Source: Casimicrobiaceae bacterium
GTDB taxonomy: Bacteria > Pseudomonadota > Gammaproteobacteria > Burkholderiales > Casimicrobiaceae
Assembly (NCBI GenBank): GCA_035536295.1
Contig: DATLOI010000127.1
Location: 26,493-90,492, forward strand
Direction: 5' to 3'
DNA length: 64,000 nt
The translations under genes were made by a program, and so were the position numbers. The notes below the pieces were generated by a model. That model did not search any database, was not told the origin of the DNA, and was given only the letters and a program-made list of their open reading frames with translations. Below are positions 40,189-49,776 of this stretch, in pieces. Positions within the stretch are counted from its first letter, which is position 1. Each line of letters begins with the position of its first letter.

Positions 40189-40845
40189 TTATTTGGCGCT
40201 CTTGTCGTTCCGCATGCTGTGAGTCTCTTCCTCTTCCTCGAACATTGCGCGCTTCGAGCGCTCCAGCGTGTCCGGCTGGTTCGCCTTGTGATCCTCTTTG
40301 GCGCGATGGCTGTAGCGTTGAAACAAGACCAGCGACGCGACGGTCGCCGCGAGCGCCGCTCCGAGCTGCAGTGTTTGCAACGGCTCTTTCGATTGAATGA
40401 AGTGCTGAAGAAAGGTGACCGCGAGGACGGCAACAACGACGCCGATCACCCGTTCCTCGAGGTCGTTGATCGATTCCACGCCCAACGCGATCGCGAGATT
40501 GAGCGGTGAAATGAACAGGCTGAAAAGTCCAACGCCGATCAGAAAAAACACGACCGCTTCAAGCATCACGATGACGATCTCGAGAAACTCGACCGAAAGA
40601 CGCGGGGTCGGTCCGCCGCTGCTGAACGTATTGATCCAGGCGTGCCATACGGTGACGATCGCACGCACCGAGCCAAGAACAAAGAGCGACACGGCGACCA
40701 GCAGCACCGCTGCAACAGCGATGAGCACGACGTAGCGCGAATGCCCGACGATCTGGCCGAGCTGCGATTGAGCGTCGGGCGGATCGGCCTGGCCGGAAGC
40801 CTTTCCTCCCTCGCGCCCTCGATTCGAATTCGAATCGCGTTTCAC
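40189..40845 (-). CDS. Membrane protein, YqhA/UPF0114-like with charged N- and C-terminal extensions
   Basis: 218 aa, four hydrophobic segments, SRYVVLIAV start of the core resembling YqhA. Family call is weak. Confidence 0.5.
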   Translation of the reverse strand: MKRDSNSNRGREGGKASGQADPPDAQSQLGQIVGHSRYVVLIAVAAVLLVAVSLFVLGSVRAIVTVWHAWINTFSSGGPTPRLSVEFLEIVIVMLEAVVFFLIGVGLFSLFISPLNLAIALGVESINDLEERVIGVVVAVLAVTFLQHFIQSKEPLQTLQLGAALAATVASLVLFQRYSHRAKEDHKANQPDTLERSKRAMFEEEEETHSMRNDKSAK

Positions 40846-40951
40846 CTAAAGTCCCGACTCAGTCATTCGCTGAACGATGCTCGAATGGAGTACAGCGCCC
40901 CGCGCATGATCGGGCCAACCGCGGTTTCAAGCAAGTAGATGATCCTATTGC

Positions 40952-42157
40952 CTAGTTGACAGTCGCGCCGGCGTCGAACCAGCGCTTGATCAGCGCACGC
41001 TCGGCATCGGTGATTTGTGTGGCATTGTTGAGCGGCATCAGTTTCAGGACCGCGACTTGCTGGTACACGGCCTGGGCATGCTGCTTGACGAGCTCCGCCG
41101 TATGCAGCGCGACGTTTTTCTGGGCGAGCGCGCCGTTGTGACAGACGACGCAGCGCTCCTCGATCACGGGTCTTATGTCGGAGAACATCACCGGCTTTGC
41201 TGCTGCGGCGACCGCGGCGGCGGACGGTGGAGGCGGGGCCAGCCATAGCGCGAGGCCCACCAGCGCGAGCGTGCCGACGATCGCGTGCTCCCATGGCACG
41301 CGCCTTTGCTCGGTCAGTGCCTTGTGCCGCGCAACGAAGCTGTGACGGATCAGCGCGCCGGCGAGCATCAGAAGCACCAGCACGACCCAGTTGTGCTTGC
41401 CTTGATAGAGCCAACCGTAGTGATTCGACAGCATCGTGATCACCACCGGCAGTGTGAAATAGGTGTTGTGCACGCTGCGCTGCTTCGCACGCCAGCCGTG
41501 GATCGGATCGACCGGCTCGCCGGCTTTCATCTGCGCCACCACTTTGCGCTGTCCGGGAATGATCCAGACGAATACATTCGCGCTCATCGCGGTCGCGATC
41601 ATCGCTCCGACGAGCAGAAACGCCGCGCGTCCAGCAAAAAGCTGGCAGGCGAGCCACGAGGCGAACGCGATGAAAGCGAAAACGCCGATGCCGACGATCA
41701 GATCGCCATTGCGCCTGCGGCCGAACGCGCGGCAGATGATGTCGTAAGCGAACCAGAAAGCGACGAGGAACGCCAGCGATGCAGCGATCGCTGCCGCCGG
41801 CGACCAGTCGTACACGCTCTTGTCGATCAGAAAAGCACCCGCGTTGAAAAGATACATGACGGTGAACAGCCCGAAGCCGGTCAGCCAGGTCGAATAGCTC
41901 TCCCAGTAGAACCAGTGCAGATGCGCGGGCAGGGTTCTTGGTGCGACGAGGTACTTCTGCGGGTTATAAAAGCCACCGCCGTGCACTGCCCACAGCTCGC
42001 CATCGACACCTTTGGACACGAGATCGGGTGCGGTCGGCCGTGTGAGCGACAAGTCGAGAAAAACGAAATAGAACGACGAGCCGATCCACGCGATCGCGGT
42101 GACGACATGCGCCCAGCGGAGCAGCAGGTTCGCCCAGTCAAGGAGATAGGCTTCCAT
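40952..42157 (-). CDS. puuD: Urate hydroxylase PuuD (membrane, cytochrome c domain)
   Basis: N-terminus MEAYLLDWANLLLRWAHVVTAIAWIGSSFYFVFLD typical of this family. Multiple TM segments. C-terminal CVVCH haem-binding motif. Adjacent to ureide genes. Confidence 0.8.
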   Translation of the reverse strand: MEAYLLDWANLLLRWAHVVTAIAWIGSSFYFVFLDLSLTRPTAPDLVSKGVDGELWAVHGGGFYNPQKYLVAPRTLPAHLHWFYWESYSTWLTGFGLFTVMYLFNAGAFLIDKSVYDWSPAAAIAASLAFLVAFWFAYDIICRAFGRRRNGDLIVGIGVFAFIAFASWLACQLFAGRAAFLLVGAMIATAMSANVFVWIIPGQRKVVAQMKAGEPVDPIHGWRAKQRSVHNTYFTLPVVITMLSNHYGWLYQGKHNWVVLVLLMLAGALIRHSFVARHKALTEQRRVPWEHAIVGTLALVGLALWLAPPPPSAAAVAAAAKPVMFSDIRPVIEERCVVCHNGALAQKNVALHTAELVKQHAQAVYQQVAVLKLMPLNNATQITDAERALIKRWFDAGATVN

Positions 42158-42303
42158 GGCTTCTCAACGGTATACCATCGTGTGCACAATTGCGACCATC
42201 GCGCGGTGCGCTCACGCGTTCGCGCGTGCCGTGCCGGAAGCTTACGGCCCCGGCCCCGAGCCGATCCGGCCCGACCGTTTGGTCCGCCACACGTGGAATC
42301 CTC

Positions 42304-44079
42304 GTGATCACATTGGACCAGCTCAATGCGGCGTCGCGCGACGAGTTCGCCGCGGCACTCGACGGCATCTACGAGCATTCGCCATGGATCGCGGCCGGGG
42401 CGCTTGCGAAGCGCCCGTTCGCATCGCTCGCGCAGCTCAAACTCGCGCTGGTCGACGTGGTGCGTGAGGCGGGCCGCGAGAAGGAGTTGGCGCTCATTCG
42501 CGCGCATCCCGAGCTGGCAGGCAAGGCGATGGTCTCGCGCACGTTGACGGCCGAGTCGACACGTGAGCAGGGGGGCGCCGGGTTGACGCAGTGCTCGCCG
42601 GAGGAATTCGCGCGACTGCAAACGCTCAATGCCGACTACAACGCGAAGTTTGGCTTCCCTTTCATACTCGCGGTCGGTGGACCCCGTGTTGCCGGGCTCT
42701 CGCGACAGGAAATCATCGCGACGTTCGCACGTCGGCTCGAGAATCATCGCGAGTTCGAGATCGCCGAAGCGCTACGCAACATTCATCGCATCGCCGAGCT
42801 CCGTCTCAATGCAAGGCTTGGCGTGATGCCCGAGCTCGGCAATCTCGTATGGGACTGGGCAGAGCGCCTTGCCGAACACAGCGATGCAGGCTACGCCGAG
42901 CGCGGCGAGTTGACGGTCACCTATCTCACCGAAGCGCATCGCGCGGTAGCGCAGCGGATCGCGCACTGGATGCGCGCCGACTGTGGCTTTGATGAAGTGG
43001 AAATCGATGCTGTCGGCAACGTAGTCGGTGTCTATCACGCAGAGCGTGACGGCGCGAAGCGCTTGCTGACCGGCAGCCACTACGACACCGTGCGAAACGG
43101 CGGCAAGTACGACGGACGCCTCGGCATACTGGTGCCGATGGCATGCGTGCGCGAGTTGTCGCGACAGGGGCGACGGCTTCCTTTTGGAATCGAAGTCGTT
43201 GGCTTCGCAGAAGAGGAAGGGCAGCGCTACAAGGCTGTGTTCCTGGGCTCGGGCGCGCTCACCGGACATTTCGATCGCGCCTGGCTCGACCAGACCGATG
43301 CCGATGGTGTAACGATGCGCGATGCCATGCGTCACGCCGGGCTTTGCAGCGACGATATCGACAAGCTTGCGCGGGATCCTTCGCATTACCTCGGCTTCGT
43401 CGAGGCGCACATCGAGCAGGGACCCGTGCTCGCGGAGACCGACTTGCCGCTCGGCATCGTCACCTCGATCAACGGCAGCGTGCGCTATGTCGGCGAACTC
43501 GTTGGAATGGCGAGTCACGCCGGCACGACGCCGATGGATCGACGCCGCGATGCCGCGGCCGCGGTCGCGGAAATCGTTCTGTACGTCGAAAAACGCGCGG
43601 CTCAGGCGCCCAACGTGGTTGGCACTGTCGGGATGCTGGAAGTACCCAGCGGATCGATCAACGTGATTCCGGGCCGCTGCCGCTTCAGTCTGGACATTCG
43701 CGCGACGACCGATGCAGCGCGCGATGCTTGCGAAGACGACGTGCGTAACGAGATCGCGCGAATAGCCGAGCGTCGTGGCGTCGACGTGACATTGGAGGAA
43801 ACGGTGCGCGCGGCAGCCGCACCCAGTGCGCCGCAATGGCAGCAGCGTTGGGAGCGCGCCGTTGCTTCGCTCGGCCTTCCCGTCCATCGCATGCCGAGTG
43901 GTGCAGGGCACGACGCGATGAAAATGCACGAAGTGATGCCACAGGCGATGCTGTTCGTGCGCGGGCTCAATGCAGGCATCAGCCACAATCCGCTCGAATC
44001 GATCACCAACGACGACGCGGAGCTGTGCGTGCGCGCGTTCCAGAGTCTGCTCGAAGCGTTGGCGAAGGAACAGCAATGA
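42304..44079 (+). CDS. Fusion protein: OHCU decarboxylase (UraD) domain + allantoate amidohydrolase/carbamoylase-type M20 amidase (AllC-like) domain
   Basis: GTG 42304 gives VITLDQLNAASRDEFAAALDGIYEHSPWIA...IRAHPELAGK...FGFPFILAV (UraD). From about 42830 onward: AVGNVVGVY...TGSHYDTVRNGGKYDGRLGI...FAEEEGQRY...SGAGHDAM (AllC-type). One uninterrupted frame. Confidence 0.8.
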   Translation: MITLDQLNAASRDEFAAALDGIYEHSPWIAAGALAKRPFASLAQLKLALVDVVREAGREKELALIRAHPELAGKAMVSRTLTAESTREQGGAGLTQCSPEEFARLQTLNADYNAKFGFPFILAVGGPRVAGLSRQEIIATFARRLENHREFEIAEALRNIHRIAELRLNARLGVMPELGNLVWDWAERLAEHSDAGYAERGELTVTYLTEAHRAVAQRIAHWMRADCGFDEVEIDAVGNVVGVYHAERDGAKRLLTGSHYDTVRNGGKYDGRLGILVPMACVRELSRQGRRLPFGIEVVGFAEEEGQRYKAVFLGSGALTGHFDRAWLDQTDADGVTMRDAMRHAGLCSDDIDKLARDPSHYLGFVEAHIEQGPVLAETDLPLGIVTSINGSVRYVGELVGMASHAGTTPMDRRRDAAAAVAEIVLYVEKRAAQAPNVVGTVGMLEVPSGSINVIPGRCRFSLDIRATTDAARDACEDDVRNEIARIAERRGVDVTLEETVRAAAAPSAPQWQQRWERAVASLGLPVHRMPSGAGHDAMKMHEVMPQAMLFVRGLNAGISHNPLESITNDDAELCVRAFQSLLEALAKEQQ

Positions 44080-45350
44080 GCGACTCCCGTTATCTTGCGC
44101 TCGACGCCTGGATCGACTCGCACTTCGACGAGGAAGTCGCGTTCCTTCGGGAGCTCGTGCGCGTACCTACCGACACGCCGCCGGGCGATAATGCGCCGCA
44201 CGCGCAGCGCACCGCAGCACTTCTCGAGGCCTTCGGATTCGAGGTCGAGAGGCACGCGGTTCCCGAGCCAGAGGTGAAAGCGCAGGGCATGACCTCGATC
44301 ACCAACCTGATCGTGCGTCGCCGTTACGGCAGCGGACTGACGATCGCGCTCAATGCGCACGGCGACGTCGTCCCTGCCGGCGATGGCTGGACGCGCGATC
44401 CGTATGGGGGTGAAACCGTCGATGGCAAGCTGTACGGACGCGCTGCAGCGGTGAGCAAGAGCGACTTCGCCACTTACACGTTCGCGCTGCGTGCGCTCGA
44501 ATCACAGCGCCCAGCGGCGGGGGCAGTCGAGTTGCATTTCACCTACGACGAGGAGTTCGGCGGCGAGCTCGGCCCTGGATGGTTGCTGCGTCATCGCTTG
44601 ACTCGGCCGGACTTTGCGATTGCAGCGGGCTTCAGCTATCAGGTCGTGACCGCGCACAACGGTTGCCTGCAGCTCGAAGTGACGGTGATCGGACGCATGG
44701 CGCACGCTGCGATTCCGGATAGCGGCATCGATGCGCTGCAAGCCGCAACGCTGATCCTTGAAGCCCTTTACGCGCAGAACCGTCACTATCAATCGATCCG
44801 CTCGAGCGTCGCCGGCATCACGCATCCTTATCTCAACGTCGGCCGCATCGATGGCGGCACGAACACCAACGTCGTTCCCGGCAAGGTCGTGATGCGGCTG
44901 GACCGGCGCATGATTCCCGAGGAAGATCCGGCTGCGGTGGATGCAAACGTTCGTCGCGTCATTCACGACGCGGCAGCAAAGTCACCGGGAATCGAAATCG
45001 AGATTAAGCGCCTGCTGCTCGCACGAGCGCTCAAACCCGATCCGCGCAATGCACCGCTGGTCGATGCGCTGCAACGTCATGGCGAGGCGATCTTCGGCGT
45101 GCCGATTCCGACAATGGGCTCGCCGCTTTACACTGACGTGCGGCTGTACGCCGAGGCGGGTGCGCCGTCCGTGATCTACGGTGCCGGGCCACGCACGGTG
45201 CTCGAATCCAATGCGAAGCGCGCCGACGAGCATCTGCTGCTCGACGATTTGCGCCGCGCGACGAAAGTCGTGGCGCGAGCGTTGGATGACTTGTTGCGCA
45301 CTGATTACGCTGCGCGGAACGTGCCATCGCCGCGCTTGGGAGAACGCTGA
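44076..45350 (+). CDS. M20-family metallohydrolase (ArgE/DapE/CPG2-like)
   Basis: ATGA overlap with the upstream stop. LNAHGDVVPAGDGW and dimerisation-domain pattern. Specific substrate unknown. Confidence 0.8.
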   Translation: MSDSRYLALDAWIDSHFDEEVAFLRELVRVPTDTPPGDNAPHAQRTAALLEAFGFEVERHAVPEPEVKAQGMTSITNLIVRRRYGSGLTIALNAHGDVVPAGDGWTRDPYGGETVDGKLYGRAAAVSKSDFATYTFALRALESQRPAAGAVELHFTYDEEFGGELGPGWLLRHRLTRPDFAIAAGFSYQVVTAHNGCLQLEVTVIGRMAHAAIPDSGIDALQAATLILEALYAQNRHYQSIRSSVAGITHPYLNVGRIDGGTNTNVVPGKVVMRLDRRMIPEEDPAAVDANVRRVIHDAAAKSPGIEIEIKRLLLARALKPDPRNAPLVDALQRHGEAIFGVPIPTMGSPLYTDVRLYAEAGAPSVIYGAGPRTVLESNAKRADEHLLLDDLRRATKVVARALDDLLRTDYAARNVPSPRLGER

Positions 45351-46435
45351 TGCGCACTTACCGCATCCTGGGGCTCGGTGCCTCGTACGGTTCGCTGTTT
45401 GCGATCAAGCTCCTGGCCGCCGGGCACGTGGTCGAGCTCGTGTGCCTGCCGGCCGAGGCCGAGGTGATCAACGCCGAGGGCATTCGTGTTCGCATTCCCG
45501 TCAAGGAGCGCGACGGTCTCGTCGAAGTCGATTCGCGGACGCTGCCGGGGCGATTGACGGCCGCGGCGCCGCGGTCCGTCGATCCGACCGGCTACGATCT
45601 GGTCGCGCTCGCGATGCAGGAGCCGCAGTACCGTTCACCCGAGGTGCGCGATCTCGTTGGCCGCGTCGCCGCGGCGAAAGTTCCGTGCATGTCGATCATG
45701 AACATGCCGCCGCTGCCCTTCCTCGCGCGAATTCCGACGATCGATGCCAACGCGTGCCGAAGCTCGTTTACCGATGCATCGGTGTGGGACCCATTCGATC
45801 CGGCGCTGATGACGCTGTGCAGTCCCGATCCGCAGGCCTTCCGGCCTCCCGATGAAAAGGTCAACGTACTGCAGGTGCGGCTCGCAACGAACTTCAAAGC
45901 CGCGCCTTTCGACTCGCCCAAGCATACGGACCTTCTGCGCACGCTCGCCGCGCAGATCGAGGCCGCGCGCTTCGACGCGGGTCGAGGAGAGCGCATCGAG
46001 CTGCCGGTGAAGCTCAAGGTTCACGATTCGATTTTCGTTCCGCTCGCCAAGTGGAGCATGCTGCTGGCCGGTAATTATCGTTGCGTTCGGCCGGAGGGCA
46101 TGGTGTCGATCCAGGATGCAGTCCACGGTGATATCGCGGCTTCACGTTCGGTATTCGAATGGGTTGCGGCACTGTGCCGCACGCTCGGCGCCGGCGACGC
46201 AGACTTGGTGCCGTTCGACAAATACGCGAACGCTGCGCGCTCGCTTGCGAGCCCGTCATCCGCCGCGCGTGCCCTTGCCAATGGCGCCGTCGACATCGAA
46301 CGCGTCGATCGCCTCGTGCAGACGATCGCTGCACAGCATCGCATGCGATCCGACGCTGTCGATCGAATCGTCGCCACCGTCGACGAGTGGCTGGCGACGA
46401 ACAGGCGCAAGCGGCGCAATGAACCATTGGCCTGA
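45350..46435 (+). CDS. Hypothetical protein with Rossmann-like N-terminus (ketopantoate-reductase/ApbA-like?)
   Basis: 361 aa with a natural composition. YRILGLGASYGSLFAIKLLAAGHVV beta-alpha-beta start. ATG overlaps the upstream TGA. Function not recognised. Confidence 0.6.
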   Translation: MRTYRILGLGASYGSLFAIKLLAAGHVVELVCLPAEAEVINAEGIRVRIPVKERDGLVEVDSRTLPGRLTAAAPRSVDPTGYDLVALAMQEPQYRSPEVRDLVGRVAAAKVPCMSIMNMPPLPFLARIPTIDANACRSSFTDASVWDPFDPALMTLCSPDPQAFRPPDEKVNVLQVRLATNFKAAPFDSPKHTDLLRTLAAQIEAARFDAGRGERIELPVKLKVHDSIFVPLAKWSMLLAGNYRCVRPEGMVSIQDAVHGDIAASRSVFEWVAALCRTLGAGDADLVPFDKYANAARSLASPSSAARALANGAVDIERVDRLVQTIAAQHRMRSDAVDRIVATVDEWLATNRRKRRNEPLA

Positions 46436-46447
46436 CGGAGAAAAGTG

Positions 46448-46618
46448 ATGGCAAAGATGAGAGCGATCGACGCAGCCGGCACGTGCTGGAGCGCGAGGGC
46501 ATCACCCATGCGTTCGGCGTGCCGGGGCTGCGATCAACCCCTCTACTCGGCGCTGCGTGCGTGTGGCGGCATTACGCGTGTGCCGGCGCGAGATGTCGAA
46601 GGCGCCTCGCACATGGCT
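46448..46618 (+). pseudogene. gcl: Relic of the 5' end of glyoxylate carboligase
   Basis: GGAG + ATG, then MAKMRAIDAA. VLEREGITHAFGVPG, AAIN and PLYSALRACGGITRV-AR-VEGASHMA follow, readable only by switching frames at least three times. They match the Gcl N-terminus (MAKMRAVDAA..VLEKEGI..AFGVPGAAINP.YSA.R..GGI.H.LARHVEGASHMAEGY). Homology stops at about 46618, 53 nt before glxR. Confidence 0.75.
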
Positions 46619-46671
46619 CGTCGATTGCCGCGATGCCCGATTAATCGTCGTTACCAACAAAAGATAACGCA

Positions 46672-47571
46672 ATGACAAACCTCGGCTTCATCGGACTCGG
46701 CATCATGGGCGCTCCCATGGCGGGGCATTTGATCAAGGGGGGACATCGCGCACACTTGCACAGTCGCTCGGGAGTGCCGCAAGGGCTTCTCGATGCCGGC
46801 GGAATTGCGTGCGCAACCCCCAAGGAAGTCGCGCAGCGCGCCGACGTCGTCATCACGATGGTGCCCGATACACCGCACGTCGAAGCCGTGCTGTTCGGCG
46901 ACGATGGCATCGCGGCCGGATTGAGCCGTGGCAAGACGGTCGTCGACATGAGTTCTATCTCGCCGATCGCTACCAAGGCGTTCGCGAAAAAAATCGAGGG
47001 TCTGGGTTGCGAATATCTCGACGCCCCGGTTTCAGGGGGTGAAGTCGGCGCCAAGGCCGCTTCGTTGACGATCATGGTCGGCGGCAGCGAGTCCGCTTTC
47101 GCGAAAGTGAAGCCGCTGTTTGAGCTGATGGGCAAGAACATCACGCTCGTTGGGGGAGTCGGTGACGGTCAGACGACCAAGGTTGCGAACCAGATCATCG
47201 TCGCGCTGACGATCGAAGCGGTCGGTGAGGCGCTGCTGTTCGCGGCGAAGGCGGGCGCCGACCCTGCCAAAGTGCGTCAGGCGCTGATGGGAGGCTTTGC
47301 TTCGTCACGCATTCTCGAAGTGCATGGCGAGCGCATGGTCAAGCGAACGTTCGCGCCGGGCTTCCGGATCGAGTTGCATCAGAAAGATTTGAATCTTGCG
47401 CTCAACTCGGCACGCGCGATTGGCGTGTCGCTGCCGAACACCGCAACGGCGCAGGAGTTGTTCAATGCGTGCGCGGCCAACGGAGGTGCTGCGTGGGATC
47501 ACTCGGCACTGGTGCGTGCGCTGGAGAAACTCGCGAATTTCGAGATCGGTCAGGCGCCGGTCAAGAATTAA
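46672..47571 (+). CDS. glxR: 2-hydroxy-3-oxopropionate (tartronate semialdehyde) reductase
   Basis: GFIGLGIMGAPMAGHL NAD fold. 6PGDH-NAD-binding/HIBADH family. High resemblance to GlxR/GarR. Downstream of the gcl relic. Confidence 0.85.
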   Translation: MTNLGFIGLGIMGAPMAGHLIKGGHRAHLHSRSGVPQGLLDAGGIACATPKEVAQRADVVITMVPDTPHVEAVLFGDDGIAAGLSRGKTVVDMSSISPIATKAFAKKIEGLGCEYLDAPVSGGEVGAKAASLTIMVGGSESAFAKVKPLFELMGKNITLVGGVGDGQTTKVANQIIVALTIEAVGEALLFAAKAGADPAKVRQALMGGFASSRILEVHGERMVKRTFAPGFRIELHQKDLNLALNSARAIGVSLPNTATAQELFNACAANGGAAWDHSALVRALEKLANFEIGQAPVKN

Positions 47572-47586
47572 CCGAAACTCGCGAGC

Positions 47587-48963
47587 TCAGCCGACCTTGT
47601 GCCTCAAGTGCCACGCCTTGGGCCGCGTGAACGTCTGAATTCCATAGGTCGACAGCGTCAACCCGATCCCCGATTTCTTGACGCCCGACCACGGAAGTCG
47701 CGGGCTCACGCGATCGCAACAGTTCCAGTAGACACTGCCCGCCTCCAGCCGCTCGAGAATGCGTTGCGCGCGCTTCTCGCTTTGCGTATACACACCCGCG
47801 GTCAAGCCGTATTCGTTGTCGTTCATCAATGCGATCGCTTCGTCGTCATTCGCGACGCGTTGAATGCCGATCACCGGACCGAAGCTTTCCTCGCGCATCA
47901 GATCCATGCGGTGATCCACGTCGATGACGACCGTCGGCTCGAACCAGTTGCCGCGACGTTTGATCGGCTTGCCTCCGGTCAGCACTTTTCCGCCAAGCTT
48001 TTTCGCCTGACCGATTTGCTGCGCGAGCACATCGAGTTGCGCATGACGTGCGATCGGCCCCAGATACGTGTCCTCGTCCAGCGGGTCGCCGACGCGAAAG
48101 CGCTTCACTTCCTCGACGAACGCTTTCACGAATGCATCGTGAATCGCATCTGCGACATACACGCGCTCGACCGAGCAGCACGATTGGCCATTGTTGTAGA
48201 ACGCGCCATCGGCGAGCGCAGCCGCGGCGCCTTTCACATCGACATCGTCGCACACGTAAATCGGATCCTTGCCGCCGAGCTCGAGCTGCACCTTGATCAT
48301 TCGACGCGCAGCGCTCGCGGCGATCTTCTGCCCGGTCGCGTACGAGCCGGTGAAAAACACCGCGTCCACGCTCTGACGCGTCAAAGCTGCGCCGGTTTCG
48401 CCGTCGCCGACGACGGCAATGAAGACATCCGCCGGAACGCCTGCGGCGTGCAACAGCCGCTCGATGTGCAATCCGGTCAGCGTTGCGTGCTCCGACGGCT
48501 TGTAAAGCACCGCGTTACCCGCCGCCAACGCCGGCACGAATACGTTGCCACCGACAAACCAGGGATAATTCCATGCCGAGATGTTCGCGATCACACCGAG
48601 CGGCTCGTGCGAGATGCGCTCCTCGAGCGGACCGCTCTTGTCCTCGTGCACCTTCTCGTCGCGCAGCGAATGTTGCGTCTCGGCGAGAAAGAAGTCGATG
48701 CGGCCGAGCAGCCCATTCAATTCGTTCTTCGCCTGGCGGATCGGCTTGCCGACTTCCTCGGTCAGCGTGCGCGCGAGCGTGTCGCGTTCGGCCACGACGC
48801 GTTCGCGAAACGCCGCGATCGTCGCCAACCTCGCTTTGATCGGTCGCTCGGCCCAGCCAGGTTGAGCCGCGCGCGCGCGAAGATACTTGCGCCGCACGGC
48901 CGCGGCGGTATCGGCCTCGATGTCCGTGATGACGGCGCCCGTCGCCGGATTGCGAATCTTCAT
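47587..48963 (-). CDS. NAD(P)-dependent aldehyde dehydrogenase
   Basis: ALDH-superfamily sequence (ELGGKDP, catalytic Cys context NNGQSCCSVER). Last gene of the gamma-glutamylation operon. Confidence 0.9.
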   Translation of the reverse strand: MKIRNPATGAVITDIEADTAAAVRRKYLRARAAQPGWAERPIKARLATIAAFRERVVAERDTLARTLTEEVGKPIRQAKNELNGLLGRIDFFLAETQHSLRDEKVHEDKSGPLEERISHEPLGVIANISAWNYPWFVGGNVFVPALAAGNAVLYKPSEHATLTGLHIERLLHAAGVPADVFIAVVGDGETGAALTRQSVDAVFFTGSYATGQKIAASAARRMIKVQLELGGKDPIYVCDDVDVKGAAAALADGAFYNNGQSCCSVERVYVADAIHDAFVKAFVEEVKRFRVGDPLDEDTYLGPIARHAQLDVLAQQIGQAKKLGGKVLTGGKPIKRRGNWFEPTVVIDVDHRMDLMREESFGPVIGIQRVANDDEAIALMNDNEYGLTAGVYTQSEKRAQRILERLEAGSVYWNCCDRVSPRLPWSGVKKSGIGLTLSTYGIQTFTRPKAWHLRHKVG

Positions 48964-48985
48964 CGTGGAGTTGGTCCGCCTGCCG

Positions 48986-49774
48986 CTACAGCGCGAATGC
49001 CGCCGAGTGGTGTTGAGCCGCGAAGGAAAGAAAGTCGTTCAAAATCGGGCGATCATCGAGATACGACGCGTCGTCGTGTGGATGGAATTCCGGGTGCCAC
49101 TGCACGGCGAAGACGTACGAAGGTCCTTTCCAGCGAATCGCCTCCATGACTTGATCGGGCTCCGATTGCGCTTCGACGACGAGATCGCGTCCGAGATCCT
49201 TGATTGCTTGATGATGGATCGAGTTCGTTTTCACGAGCGTGCGTCCCGGGTACAGCTTTGCGAGCGGCGTGCCGGCGACGATCGATGTTGCGTGACAGTT
49301 GCGCTCGTAGATCGACCAGTTGCGATGATTGAGCGCATGTGCAAGCTCGGTGCCCAGGTCCTGATACAGCGTGCCTCCGAAGGCGACGTTGATCAGTTGC
49401 GCGCCGCGACAAATGCCGAGCACCGGCTTGCGCTCGTGGATGAACGCGCGCGTCAATGCAATTTCGTACTCGTCGCGAACGCGATCGCCATTCCACTCCG
49501 GACGTAGCGCTTTCTCGCCGTAGCTTTCGGGACACACATCCGAGCCGCCCATCAACACCAACGCGTCGAGCGCACCGGCGTACGCAGCGAGCGTGACTTT
49601 GCTGGTCGAGCGGCGCGTGGCGCCGTCGGGCGAAGGAATCATGAACGCGAGCACGTCGCGTTGCATCAGCCAGTGCGCGACGTTCTGCTCGATGTATTGC
49701 AGCGTCATGCCCTTGAAGATCGGGCGCGCCGGATCGGCGTGGAAAAAGGACGCGGAGATGCCTATCTTGAGCAT
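48986..49774 (-). CDS. Gamma-glutamyl hydrolase, peptidase C26 / class-I glutamine amidotransferase (gamma-Glu-GABA hydrolase-like)
   Basis: ATG 49774. Nucleophile context GICRGAQLINVAFGG and His context AVQWHPEF. The upstream part of track ORF (to 50146) is an Arg-rich read-through into the ADH gene. Confidence 0.85.
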   Translation of the reverse strand: MLKIGISASFFHADPARPIFKGMTLQYIEQNVAHWLMQRDVLAFMIPSPDGATRRSTSKVTLAAYAGALDALVLMGGSDVCPESYGEKALRPEWNGDRVRDEYEIALTRAFIHERKPVLGICRGAQLINVAFGGTLYQDLGTELAHALNHRNWSIYERNCHATSIVAGTPLAKLYPGRTLVKTNSIHHQAIKDLGRDLVVEAQSEPDQVMEAIRWKGPSYVFAVQWHPEFHPHDDASYLDDRPILNDFLSFAAQHHSAAFAL

Positions 49775-49776
49775 GC

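Noticed and set aside
42772-44076. 434-aa ORF antisense to the AllC-like domain. The same applies to 41285..42307 opposite puuD, 9268..10362 opposite dctM, 58564..59601 opposite the permease, and 61050..62000 and 62121..63293 opposite the PQQ-DH and binding protein
   Set aside because: All are Arg/His/Asp-rich mirror-frame ORFs opposite confidently assigned genes.
46445-46675. 76-aa ORF as a genuine small protein
   Set aside because: Its sequence is a frame-scrambled Gcl N-terminus followed by unrelated residues. It is better explained as a pseudogene stub.
47599-49149. 516-aa ORF antisense to the ALDH and C26 hydrolase genes
   Set aside because: Same artefact class: it spans two real genes on the other strand and has low-complexity Arg-rich sequence.
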